22,999 nucleotides of DNA from an uncultured archaeon. GTDB lineage: Archaea; Asgardarchaeota; Thorarchaeia; Thorarchaeales; Thorarchaeaceae. The notes under the pieces are model-generated. The model was given only the letters and a program-made list of their open reading frames with translations. It was not told the origin of the DNA and searched no databases. The position numbers and the translations under genes are program-made. Location: positions 6,469-29,467 of the forward strand of contig CAZLEV010000001.1 in NCBI GenBank assembly GCA_964558645.1, in the 5' to 3' direction. Below are positions 6,879 to 16,071 of the stretch, piece by piece (the stretch's first letter is position 1; the number at the start of each line of letters is the position of its first letter).

Positions 6879-7187
6879 CTAGTCCCAGTCATCATCCAAG
6901 TCGTCATACTCGTCCTCATCGTCATAGAAATCAGCCTCTTCGAGCTCCTCTTCATCATCTTCAAAGAGGTCGTCGTCGTCTTCGAACAGAAATGTTTGGG
7001 GGTCAATCACGTCACTATTGAACGTATCTTCCTCTTTCTCTCGCTCTTCTGCCTGCTTCTTCTTTTTCAAGGGAGCAAGACACATCATGTCTACTGGGTC
7101 AAAATACCTACACTCTATGCAGCATTCACCTTTGTGATTGCATGTCTTGAACGCGCCACAAAGCTTACAGCATTTCAGTTCTGACAA
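6879..7187 (-). CDS. Small Cys-rich (8 Cys) metal-binding protein with a highly acidic C-terminal tail (~102 aa)
   Basis: 3' part of listed ORF 6879..7706. Best start is TTG 7187 with AGGTGG 5 nt upstream (alternatives GTG 7196 and 7214). Sequence: CCKLCGAFKTCNHKGECCIECRYFDPVDMMC, then LKKKK, then a tail with 25 D/E in the last 34 residues, ending DDDWD. Confidence 0.75.
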   Translation of the reverse strand: MSELKCCKLCGAFKTCNHKGECCIECRYFDPVDMMCLAPLKKKKQAEEREKEEDTFNSDVIDPQTFLFEDDDDLFEDDEEELEEADFYDDEDEYDDLDDDWD

Positions 7188-7335
7188 GATATCCACCTGA
7201 ACCTCTTGAGGCACTCGTCTGGTTCCATAGTTGTGCCAAATAAGCGTCTCCAAATGATACCTATGTATTGTGGCGAAGTGGTGACGGTCACAGTTAAATC
7301 TGCACTGTATATCCTGAAGTGTTGGAGCTAGTACC

Positions 7336-9075
7336 GTGAGCAACCTTGAGTACGAGATAAGAATAGTCGTGCTTGACAACGCTGTAAAATACGATGGAGA
7401 GCCGAGCGTCAAGTCAGTCATGAGTGCACTTCTGGGCACAAGAGCTGATTTGAGGCCACGAGCTGCAGAGGTCAAACAGATTGTTTCCCGCCTCGTTGCT
7501 GAGATCTCTGACATGACATTGGAGGAGCAGATAGCAGAACTGAGGGAGATGGCTCCAGAGCTCTTGGAGAAGCCTGAAGAAGAGCACGAGCCTAAGGAGA
7601 TGCCCGAGCTACCTAACTTGGACAAATGGGACAAGGTAGTTATGCGGATGGCTCCGTTTCCATCAGGACCCTTGCATGTCGGAAATGCAAGAATGGTAGT
7701 TCTCAATGACTACTACGTCAAACGGTACAACGGAGAGCTGATTCTTGTATTCGATGACACAATCGGTTCTGCTGAGAAGCAGGTGGAACCTGAGGCATTT
7801 GATCTGATCAGGGAAGGACTAGACTACCTAGGAGTCGTTGTTCATCGTACTGTCTTCAAGTCAGACCGTCTTGAGCTATTCTATAAGTATGCAGTTGACC
7901 TGATTAAGCGAGAGGAAGCATACGTGTGTGATTGCGACCCTGCCGTATGGCGTAACGAACACAAAGTGACCGGGAAAGCCTGTCCCTGTCGACGCCTGAG
8001 TGTGGAAGAGAATCTTACACGTTGGGAGATGATGCTTGACGGTACTTATCCTGAAAAAGGGGCGGCAGTCCGGTTGAAGACTGGAATGGACGATCCTGAC
8101 CCCGCGATGCGTGATCATGTCATCCTGCGCATTTCCGAGACGGACCATCCACGTGTCGGTTCGAAGTATCGTGTCTGGCCTCTACTCGAGTACTCTTGGG
8201 GAATCGACGACCACGAGCTCGGCGTGACACATATCATCCGGGGGAAGGACTTGGTGAAAGAGGGAAAGATTGAGCAACACATCTGGAATATCTATGGCTG
8301 GAAGCACCCCGAACTTCTCTATCACGGACGGCTGAAATTCCAGGATGCCACACTCAGTAAGAGCAAGTCGCGTCAAGAGGTACTGAGTGGTCAATACAGC
8401 GGATGGGATGATCCACGAACCTGGAGTTTGCAAAGCCTCGAACGCCGAGGAATACATCCCGATGCTCTTAGGAAAGCAATGCTTGACCTTGGGCTGAGCG
8501 TTGTTGATATCTCGATCTCTATGAAGCCTGTCTACTCAGAGAACAGAAGCCTCAGGGATGAGGATGCACCTCGATTCTTCTTTGTCGAAGAACCCGTCTG
8601 GTCACGTCTGCTTGATCTGCCCGCCGAGCTTGATTCTGCGCATCCGCCGGTTCATCCAGACTTTCCTGAAAGAGGCGTTCGAAACATCCCCCTCTATCCG
8701 AAGACGTTGAACCCAGAAGCTCCTGTAACGGCTGGTCTCCCCGAGCGGGACTACGAGCAATTCAGCAGTGGGGATCTCATCAGGCTTAAGGACCTCGCAA
8801 ATTTCGTGATTGAGAAGGGCAGTCCGCCGATGCTTCGATATCACAGCAAGCATGTGGATAATGTACGTGAAGTCGATGGTCCAATCATCCACTGGATACC
8901 TGAGAACGCGGTACCTACCGAGATTGTACTCATTGACGGCTCTATAGCAAGCGGTCTGGGAGAACCCGGTCTGAGATCGGTTGAAGTAGGCACATTCCTT
9001 CAGTTCGAACGATTCGGATTCGGAAGAGTCTATGCCAAGGACGATGTCATACGAGTCGCCTTTGCACACAAATGA
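7336..9075 (+). CDS. gltX: Glutamate--tRNA ligase, archaeal type
   Basis: RMAPFPSGPLHVGNAR (HIGH motif), FDDT, AYVCDC...CPCR Zn site, THIIRGKD, LSKSK (KMSKS equivalent), GWDDPR, LQFERFGFGR, plus the archaeal N-terminal helical extension. Confidence 0.97.
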   Translation: MSNLEYEIRIVVLDNAVKYDGEPSVKSVMSALLGTRADLRPRAAEVKQIVSRLVAEISDMTLEEQIAELREMAPELLEKPEEEHEPKEMPELPNLDKWDKVVMRMAPFPSGPLHVGNARMVVLNDYYVKRYNGELILVFDDTIGSAEKQVEPEAFDLIREGLDYLGVVVHRTVFKSDRLELFYKYAVDLIKREEAYVCDCDPAVWRNEHKVTGKACPCRRLSVEENLTRWEMMLDGTYPEKGAAVRLKTGMDDPDPAMRDHVILRISETDHPRVGSKYRVWPLLEYSWGIDDHELGVTHIIRGKDLVKEGKIEQHIWNIYGWKHPELLYHGRLKFQDATLSKSKSRQEVLSGQYSGWDDPRTWSLQSLERRGIHPDALRKAMLDLGLSVVDISISMKPVYSENRSLRDEDAPRFFFVEEPVWSRLLDLPAELDSAHPPVHPDFPERGVRNIPLYPKTLNPEAPVTAGLPERDYEQFSSGDLIRLKDLANFVIEKGSPPMLRYHSKHVDNVREVDGPIIHWIPENAVPTEIVLIDGSIASGLGEPGLRSVEVGTFLQFERFGFGRVYAKDDVIRVAFAHK

Positions 9076-9151
9076 CAGGTCGAAAGGTTGGTAGAATCTA
9101 GCGGCCAAAGAGAACATATAGTGGGGAGCTAACAGTTCTTCAGTGGTTACG

Positions 9152-9904
9152 ATGGCTCGAAAACGCTCTCGAAAAAAGTCGGCAATCAGCCCCTCGAAAT
9201 TCAAGACGACTGGAAAAGATGTTCGGATGCAGATTGACGACAAGAAGGCGAAAACCTATTACTTCAGAACGAAAGTGGACTCTGACGAGGCTGCGGCTCT
9301 TGCTTTGCGGGATGCCCCCGAGATATTCGGTGTTTCTTCTGATTCATTGAAGGCAAGCAAGCCACGTTTGACTTATGATTTCTACTGTATCTATGACGCT
9401 GAGATGGACATGACGTTCCTTCGACTGAGGAATCAGGAAATCGGTGTCAATGACGAAGTGAATGCCGTCTTGGTTGGAAAAGAGGTCCTGAAGCCAAAGA
9501 AGGGAAAGGACATTCCAGGGAAGGCTATACAGCTTGAGCTCGTCGAGATGTTTGAGATAAAGCGCAGTGACTCTATGGTCTTAGATGGTTCAACAGGTGC
9601 ACCAGCAAGGTCTCTCGAGCCGCTTCTGACTGGTCCTGGAAAGAAAAGCGCCTCATCGAGTTGGATTTCCAAGGCTAAGGTTTCCTCAGGCAAATTCAAC
9701 TCCATCCAGAAGGTCGTGAGACAAGTAGCAAAGGCTGCAGCCAAGGCTCCGAAGGATGCAAAGAAGGTCACGGATCATTCTCTCAGTTTCAAGAAGCTTC
9801 TGGGTCTCTATGTTCCCACCTACTACGTTCGTATCAAGCACGGTGATGATTCAAAGACGATGCGTGTGAATGCGGTGGATGGAAGCGTTTCGCTCAAAGT
9901 ATGA
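9152..9904 (+). CDS. Conserved hypothetical archaeal protein, very basic
   Basis: ATG 9152 (alternative GTG 9143). Basic N-terminus MARKRSRKKS, Lys-rich throughout, and C-terminal LYVPTYYV...MRVNAVDGSV with a PepSY-like terminal hairpin. Confidence 0.75.
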   Translation: MARKRSRKKSAISPSKFKTTGKDVRMQIDDKKAKTYYFRTKVDSDEAAALALRDAPEIFGVSSDSLKASKPRLTYDFYCIYDAEMDMTFLRLRNQEIGVNDEVNAVLVGKEVLKPKKGKDIPGKAIQLELVEMFEIKRSDSMVLDGSTGAPARSLEPLLTGPGKKSASSSWISKAKVSSGKFNSIQKVVRQVAKAAAKAPKDAKKVTDHSLSFKKLLGLYVPTYYVRIKHGDDSKTMRVNAVDGSVSLKV

Positions 9905-9939
9905 GCTCAACTGGTGACAGATGAGAGTGACTCTCTGGA

Positions 9940-11511
9940 TTAGCGTTCTCCCCATCCCCCTCCTCCAGGGGTTTCAATCCGGACAATTGCGCCCAGTGGC
10001 GCCATGACGGTTGATTTCGATTCTACAGGGTGTTCTTTCTCGTCATAGACGATCGAATTTTTGCCTGTCTTGGCAGACTCACCACCCTTGAGACCCCATG
10101 GTCGCCTCATTCTCCTTTCTGACTGAATCGATATTGTACATCCATTGGCAAGCAGCTCTATCTCTCTGATTACGCCGTTTCCGCCGTCCCACCTCCCTCT
10201 GCCTCCACTACCTTCCCGTACTGCATAGGTCAATACTCGCAGTGGATACGACATCTCGAGAGATTCGATAGGGGTGTTGAGAGTATTGGTCATGTGCGAG
10301 TGTATGGCACTAGTCCCATGATGTCCCCTTGAGGCTCCCACACCGCCTCCGATAGTTTCGTAGAAGGAGAAACGGGCCTGAGTTCTGTGATCGATTCCGC
10401 CTATCGAAAGATTGTTCATGGTGCCTTGACTTGCTGCGGGGATGATATCGGGGCGGACGCTTCCCAATGCTCCAAGTATGACATCGACGATTCGTTGGGT
10501 GGTCTCAACATTGCCGGCCGAAACAGCCGCTGGATAGTTGGGTCTAAGAAGAGAACTCTTCGGGACTTTGACATCGAGAACACTCCAGCATCCCTCATTC
10601 GTCGGAACATCTCTTCCAAACAGAGCTATGAAGACATAGTAGACTGCTGACAGAGTGGATGCTAGTGGACAGTTGATGTTTCCGTCAACCTGCTTGGATG
10701 TTTCAGAAAAGTCTACGAAACCTTCTCCATCCTTGATTGACACTGTGGCTGATATAGGAACATCCCAGTTGCCTGCCCCATCACTCTCCATGTAGTCGGT
10801 GAAGGATGATTCCAAGTCTCCGAGTCTTGAGAGAGCGGTCTTCATCTTCTCCTTGGAGTAGTATCTCAGTTCGTCGAACGTCTGAAGAAGCGTTTCCCAC
10901 TGATGGGTCTCTGCAACTTCCCTCAGTCTCTTGATACCAACAATATTGGCGGCCATCTGAGCCGACAGGTCACCAAGCCGTTCTCTCGGTGTTCGGGTCT
11001 CAGAGAGCAAGTCATCAACCGAGGACCTTCTAATTCGCGATTGTTCGACCACGATTCGTGGAGAGATCAAGACTCCCTCCTCATGGATATTGAGTGATAG
11101 CCCGGGCATGGATCCGGGGCTACTCCCGCCAACATCTGCATGATGAGCTCTATTAGCGGCAAATGCTACACGGTCCCCTTCATGAAATACCGGAGCCACG
11201 AGGGTGATGTCAGGCAAGTGCGATCCTCCCCGGTAGGGATCATTTACCAGAGCCATGCTCCCTTCGGTCAATGCGTCTCCTAACTCCTCAATGCATGCTC
11301 TCACAGACATCGGCATCGCGCCTAGATGCACAGGTATGTCTTTTGACTGAGCAACGAGATTACCTGTCTTATCGAAGATTGCACAACTGCAGTCTCTTCG
11401 TTCTTTGATATTGGGACTGAATGCCGCCCTGCGAAGTGAAATCGTCATCTCTCGGGCACAGGATATGAGAGAACCACTGATTACCTCGAAGAGGACCGGG
11501 TCTTCAATCAC
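9940..11511 (-). CDS. hyuB: Hydantoinase B / 5-oxoprolinase family subunit
   Basis: AFSPNIKERRDCSCAIFD, IPVHLGAM, NDPYRGGSHLPD, HHADVGG, YETIGGG, NTPIESLE, ETPGGGGWG. Its GTG start overlaps the upstream TGA (GTGA). Confidence 0.93.
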   Translation of the reverse strand: MIEDPVLFEVISGSLISCAREMTISLRRAAFSPNIKERRDCSCAIFDKTGNLVAQSKDIPVHLGAMPMSVRACIEELGDALTEGSMALVNDPYRGGSHLPDITLVAPVFHEGDRVAFAANRAHHADVGGSSPGSMPGLSLNIHEEGVLISPRIVVEQSRIRRSSVDDLLSETRTPRERLGDLSAQMAANIVGIKRLREVAETHQWETLLQTFDELRYYSKEKMKTALSRLGDLESSFTDYMESDGAGNWDVPISATVSIKDGEGFVDFSETSKQVDGNINCPLASTLSAVYYVFIALFGRDVPTNEGCWSVLDVKVPKSSLLRPNYPAAVSAGNVETTQRIVDVILGALGSVRPDIIPAASQGTMNNLSIGGIDHRTQARFSFYETIGGGVGASRGHHGTSAIHSHMTNTLNTPIESLEMSYPLRVLTYAVREGSGGRGRWDGGNGVIREIELLANGCTISIQSERRMRRPWGLKGGESAKTGKNSIVYDEKEHPVESKSTVMAPLGAIVRIETPGGGGWGER

Positions 11512-13538
11512 TGCTTCTCCCTCCTCAATGTCAAGTTCCCGTTCTTCCTCTGTATGCCGTTCCAGCCGGGTCCTACGTAGATGGTGGTGTCTATCTGTTC
11601 AATCACTGATGGTCCTCTGACTCCCTGATTTGGAGAGAGCTCCTCCCGCCTGAAGACTTCCACAGACACACACTCTCCGTCGCCGAGTATCACTTCTCTC
11701 TTCATTGTTGGAATGCCTGTGGACTGCCGCTCATGTCTGTGTGCAATTGATTCTATACTCGGCACCCTCCCTACCACCCTTGTTGTTGCCCATTCGATAG
11801 GGGTATCTGGAAGGATATAGCCAAAGACATCCTGGTGCCGATCACGAAAAATGCGAGCCGACTTCTGAATGATTGCTTCGGTGTCGTAAGGAATCTGTAT
11901 TTTCAGTTCGTGGCTTTGCCCCTGATAGCGCATATCGAGCTCCCAGTCGTAATTTATTTCGTCGGGCTCCGCACCCTGTTCAACAAGTTGCAGTTTAGCA
12001 TCCGCTGTTAGCCCCTTCAGTGTCCGTGAAACAAGGTCAAGATCTCCTCCCTCTTCGGACACGAGCACGCTTCTCATAACATCCACCCTCAGGTCTGCAC
12101 AGATCAGACCATAAGCCGAAGTGATGCCCGGATTTGGGGGAATGAGTATTCTGTCAATTCCCATGTTCTCAGCAATATCCACAGCCTGAGTGGGTCCAGC
12201 CCCGCCGAATGGAACTAAGATAAACCGCCTGGGGTCGTGCCCTCTCTCCACCGTGACCTCTCGAATTGCCTGCACCATGTTGGCTGTGGAGACCCGAATG
12301 ATGCCTCGAGCCACACTCTCAACGGACATGTCAAGACGCTTGGCCAGCCGTGAAGTAGCAGCTTCAGCCAAGTCGTAATCCAGAGATAGGCTGCCTCCAA
12401 GGAAGTAATAGGGGTTGAGACGACCAAGAATAAGATTTGCATCCGTCACTGTCGCGTCGACCCCTCCATTGCCGTAGGAAGCAGGACCTGGGTAGGCCCC
12501 AGCACTCTGGGGACCAACATGGAGTATTCCCACCTCATCGACCCACGCTATGCTTCCGCCACCGGCTCCGATGGTCTTGACATCTACTGAGGGTGTCCTC
12601 AGAGGCAGACCTCCCACCTCATTGTCTGCTCTGACGGCTATTGACCCATCGACGGCACTGATATCGCAACTGGTTCCTCCCATATCCAATGTCAAGACTC
12701 TGTCCAGTGCTGCCGACTTGCCGATATCCCATCCGCCAATCACACCGCCGGCTAGACCTGATATCGCCAGCCCGACCGCTCTTCCGTCGGCCTCAGATGA
12801 GAGCAGTGTCCCTCCATTCGATTGCATGATTGTGAAACGTGCTTGAGGACAAATCTTGCTGATTGCATCCTCAAGCCTGTTCAGATAGCCCAATACAAGG
12901 GGGCCAAGATACGCCTCTAAGACAGTGGTGGATGTTCTCTCAAACTCCCTGAATTCTGGCAGTACCTGACACGAAGCGACTGTGTAAGATTCGTATGTTT
13001 CTCGGAGAGTGTTCAGGATTCTGATTTCATGCTCAGGATACTTGAAGGAGTACAGTAGGCTGATTGCTATGGCTTGCGGATGCTTGCCTTGGAACGAGTT
13101 CACAAGAGTTTCAACATCCACGTCGTCCAGTGGAGTTACTATTTCTCCTTCAGAGCTTATACGTTCATGAACGCCTATTCGCCTGTTTCTTGGCACAAGA
13201 GGATCCGTCCTCTGAGCGCTCATGTCATAGATGTCCTGACGATTCTGGCGACCGATTTCGATAACGTCTTCGAGGCCATGAGTGGTGACGAGCCAGACTT
13301 CTGCTCCTTTCCGCTCCAGCATAGCATTTGTGGCCACTGTAGTTCCATGGACGATTAGATCAATACCTTGCCCCTCTAAGTTACCCTTCTCAAGAACCTC
13401 CTTTATGCCCCTGATCACGGCCTTCTCTTGCGCCTCGGGTGTTGAGGGAACTTTGTGCACTTGAGTTTCATAGGTTTCAGAAAGATATAGAATCACATCT
13501 GTGAAGGTGCCGCCCACATCGACCCCAATGACATTCAT
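11508..13538 (-). CDS. hyuA: Hydantoinase A / 5-oxoprolinase family ATP-binding subunit
   Basis: GVDVGGTFTD, HGTTVATNA, PEFREFER, DMGGTSCD, IGAGGGSIAW, VGPQSAGA, TVTDANL, FGGAGP, DMRYQGQSHEL. Confidence 0.93.
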   Translation of the reverse strand: MNVIGVDVGGTFTDVILYLSETYETQVHKVPSTPEAQEKAVIRGIKEVLEKGNLEGQGIDLIVHGTTVATNAMLERKGAEVWLVTTHGLEDVIEIGRQNRQDIYDMSAQRTDPLVPRNRRIGVHERISSEGEIVTPLDDVDVETLVNSFQGKHPQAIAISLLYSFKYPEHEIRILNTLRETYESYTVASCQVLPEFREFERTSTTVLEAYLGPLVLGYLNRLEDAISKICPQARFTIMQSNGGTLLSSEADGRAVGLAISGLAGGVIGGWDIGKSAALDRVLTLDMGGTSCDISAVDGSIAVRADNEVGGLPLRTPSVDVKTIGAGGGSIAWVDEVGILHVGPQSAGAYPGPASYGNGGVDATVTDANLILGRLNPYYFLGGSLSLDYDLAEAATSRLAKRLDMSVESVARGIIRVSTANMVQAIREVTVERGHDPRRFILVPFGGAGPTQAVDIAENMGIDRILIPPNPGITSAYGLICADLRVDVMRSVLVSEEGGDLDLVSRTLKGLTADAKLQLVEQGAEPDEINYDWELDMRYQGQSHELKIQIPYDTEAIIQKSARIFRDRHQDVFGYILPDTPIEWATTRVVGRVPSIESIAHRHERQSTGIPTMKREVILGDGECVSVEVFRREELSPNQGVRGPSVIEQIDTTIYVGPGWNGIQRKNGNLTLRREKQ

Positions 13539-13709
13539 CTCTGTGCTCAGGGATTCCTAAACCATGATATGAAGGCTTGGTATCGTCGAGGAGTTATTCA
13601 GCACGATACCTGCCATTCCGGATATGAACAGAACCACACCATCCGATTCAGGTCATTTGGAGCTTCTTTTATTGGTTCGATGGTCTCTGACGGGATGTGA
13701 GGTCCAAGG

Positions 13710-14897
13710 ATGAATACTCAATACTCTACTGTGATCGTACGTTTTGGAGAGATAGGCATCAAGTCTCACCAGACAAGGAAGAGGATGGTGGGTCTTCTCA
13801 TGAAGCATATTCGAACTTCACTCAAAGAGCATGAGGTGCCATTCCATGAAGTGCGTCGAGAATTTGGAAGAGTGTTCGTGGAAACCTCTCATGCTGATGA
13901 CGCAGCTGCAGTTGCCTCTCAGATATTCGGTGTTGTTTCCACCTCTCCCGCCTTCAAAGTATCTTCTTCACTGAACGAAATAACCGCTGTAGGAGTTGAG
14001 TTGGCCCGAGAGCACTTCAGACCGAGGAAGACCTTCGCTATCCGCGCTAGGCGATTTGGCGATCAGGGCTACTCCAGCCAAGATATTAAGGAACGGCTGG
14101 GGTCCGATGTGATAACATCCTTATCAGACTTTGAACTGACTGTTGATCTTGATACGCCAGAACAGATTCTGTCGGTTGAGGTACGCAAAGAAAACGCCTA
14201 CCTATTTGTCGACACGGTGGAGGGAGTGGGTGGAATGCCGACGGGCTCTCAGGGGAAGGTTGTCTGCACCATCTCAAGTGGTCTCGACTCGCCTGTTGCT
14301 GCGTACAAAATCATGAAACGCGGCTGCATCCCTATCTTCGTCAACTTCGACAACTCACCACACATGGAGGGTGAATGTAACGATATTGCCGTCAGGCAGG
14401 CCGAGGTTCTCGCGCAATACATCTACAACTACGACGTGAAGATGTACGTGATTCCTCACGGGCGTGATCTGACCGATATCCTTGAGAACACTCCTGAAAA
14501 GATGACCTGCCTGTTCTGTAAACGGAATATGCTGCGTCTCGCACGAGAGATCGCTATAGCTGAGAATGCTGATGCCATCGTGACTGGGGAGATTATCGGA
14601 GAACAAGCATCACAGACAAGCCGTAATCTACGAGTGATCTCTGATGCTGTCTGTGATTATCCCGTTTTGCGCCCACTTGTCGGTGATGACAAAGTGGATG
14701 TGGAGCACCTTGCAAGGAAGATCGGTACCTACCGTTTTGCCAGAGAGGCCACCTCCTGCTGTAGTCTTCCCCCACGCTATCCATCTGTCGAGGCGGACCC
14801 CATACGGGTCAAAGAGGCAGAGGAGAACATCGACCTCTCCCTGCTTGAAGATGAAGTGGCACAGGCACATATCATTATCCTGCGAGAGAGAATCTAG
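13710..14897 (+). CDS. thiI: tRNA 4-thiouridine (s4U8) synthase ThiI, archaeal type without a rhodanese domain
   Basis: VRFGEIGIKS N-terminus, THUMP domain (TFAIRARR...VDLDTPE), GVGGMPTGSQGK, PP-loop SSGLDSPVAA, CLFC, TGEIIGEQASQT, LRPLVGDDK. Confidence 0.95.
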   Translation: MNTQYSTVIVRFGEIGIKSHQTRKRMVGLLMKHIRTSLKEHEVPFHEVRREFGRVFVETSHADDAAAVASQIFGVVSTSPAFKVSSSLNEITAVGVELAREHFRPRKTFAIRARRFGDQGYSSQDIKERLGSDVITSLSDFELTVDLDTPEQILSVEVRKENAYLFVDTVEGVGGMPTGSQGKVVCTISSGLDSPVAAYKIMKRGCIPIFVNFDNSPHMEGECNDIAVRQAEVLAQYIYNYDVKMYVIPHGRDLTDILENTPEKMTCLFCKRNMLRLAREIAIAENADAIVTGEIIGEQASQTSRNLRVISDAVCDYPVLRPLVGDDKVDVEHLARKIGTYRFAREATSCCSLPPRYPSVEADPIRVKEAEENIDLSLLEDEVAQAHIIILRERI

Positions 14898-14988
14898 GAT
14901 TTACCGTGTCGTCAAATGGCGCGTTCTGGATACATCAATTCTGAGCGATATATGGCCTCAAATCGCCTTCTAGTGACGGTACTAAGCG

Positions 14989-14996
14989 TTTAAATA
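14989..14996 (+). promoter_or_regulatory. Candidate TATA box (TTTAAATA) upstream of the histone gene
   Basis: Near-consensus archaeal TATA about 75 nt upstream of the start. Further AT-rich boxes at ~15020 (tttata) and ~15040 (ttatat), and AAGGAG at 15052-15057. Confidence 0.5.
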
Positions 14997-15068
14997 CCAC
15001 ATAGAGCCTATCACGACTGTTTATAGCCGATTACGGCTATTATATTCCAATAAGGAGTCTGAGAACAG

Positions 15069-15314
15069 TTGCCAAGATCACGGAAAGACCGAATCCTTCC
15101 TGTTGCCCCCGTTGACAGGCTAATTCGAAAGGCTGGCGGGGAACGAGTCAGTGACAAGGGTGCAGAACAACTAGCACAGATCTTAGAAGAGATAGGAGAG
15201 CTTCTTGCCAAGAGTGCCACCGAACTGACCGAGAATGCAGGTAGAAAGACAATCACAGACAGAGACATTGAACTGGCTTACAAGCAGTGGAAGCGGGCGA
15301 TGTATAGTTCATAG
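15069..15314 (+). CDS. Archaeal histone (HMf-like fold) with short N- and C-terminal extensions
   Basis: LPVAPVDRLIRKAGGERVS...AGRKTITDRDIELA follows HMfA/B. TTG start, 81 aa. Confidence 0.95.
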   Translation: MPRSRKDRILPVAPVDRLIRKAGGERVSDKGAEQLAQILEEIGELLAKSATELTENAGRKTITDRDIELAYKQWKRAMYSS

Positions 15315-15378
15315 GCAACAGATAATACTGATGTGTTGCTCTCATTGATGCGGCGACACCTGCCTAGAGGGCACAGAC

Positions 15379-16071
15379 ATGAGTAAGACCATTCACCCAG
15401 TTGATGATGGAATTGCACTACTCTCTGTACATGATGTCTGTCTGGCCTATGAGGACGATTTCATAGCCCTCTATGACAGAATTCGGGAACTCGGGATTGA
15501 CAGCTTTTCCCTCCTTGTAACCCCCTTTCATGGGATGAAGCTTGCAAAGCGGATTGACAGAGGGAAGATGTTCGTTGAGTTCTTGAAATCCTTGGGTCTT
15601 GAGGTGTCCCTTCACGGATACTATCACCAGTCCAAGTCAGGAGATGCAGATGAGTTCCGAGGGCTTGCGACGGAAAGGGTTCGATCTCGAATCCTCTCGG
15701 GGGTTTCGCTTGTACATCGTACGTTCGGTAAGAGACCCGCAGGATTCATCCCGCCGTCGTGGTCTGGCCCCAAGAAGATTGCGGACATCTGCTCTGAACT
15801 GGGTCTGAGTTACTGCGTGCTCGGTGACCATCTCTACAATCTACAGACCTCAGCGGTCTTTGGCCCAACGACATCACTCATCAGTGAAGGCAAGGGTGAT
15901 CTCCAAGTCGCCGATGCAATGGTTGAGATGGAGATAAGCGGACCTCTTCAGGTGGCGCTGCATCCACATGATCAGCATCGTAGACAGCCCCTTGAGATTC
16001 TTGCAGACTTGAAGGATCGCCTTGGATATCGCTTCATGAGCTACGGGGACTTCATCAAGTCAAAGGCGTAA
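15379..16071 (+). CDS. DUF2334 / NodB-like polysaccharide deacetylase family protein
   Basis: LSVHDV, LLVTP, LHGYYH (HGxxH), GFIPPSW, VALHPHD. GAGGGG SD upstream. Confidence 0.8.
   Translation: MSKTIHPVDDGIALLSVHDVCLAYEDDFIALYDRIRELGIDSFSLLVTPFHGMKLAKRIDRGKMFVEFLKSLGLEVSLHGYYHQSKSGDADEFRGLATERVRSRILSGVSLVHRTFGKRPAGFIPPSWSGPKKIADICSELGLSYCVLGDHLYNLQTSAVFGPTTSLISEGKGDLQVADAMVEMEISGPLQVALHPHDQHRRQPLEILADLKDRLGYRFMSYGDFIKSKA

Noticed and set aside
6873-7184. Hydrophobic 103-aa plus-strand ORF
   Set aside because: Its V/I/L/F runs are the reverse complement of the D/E/K codons of the acidic protein.
7215-7706. N-terminal ~165 aa of listed ORF 6879..7706
   Set aside because: Mostly antisense to gltX, with Ser-rich shadow composition. 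Good starts exist at 7187-7214.
8602-9243. 213-aa minus-strand ORF
   Set aside because: Antisense to gltX and the 9152 gene, with no recognisable motifs.
11508-11511. TGA read-through or frameshift fusing hyuA and hyuB as in eukaryotic 5-oxoprolinase
   Set aside because: An ordinary GTGA stop/start overlap with a GGAG SD upstream. Split A/B genes are the prokaryotic norm.
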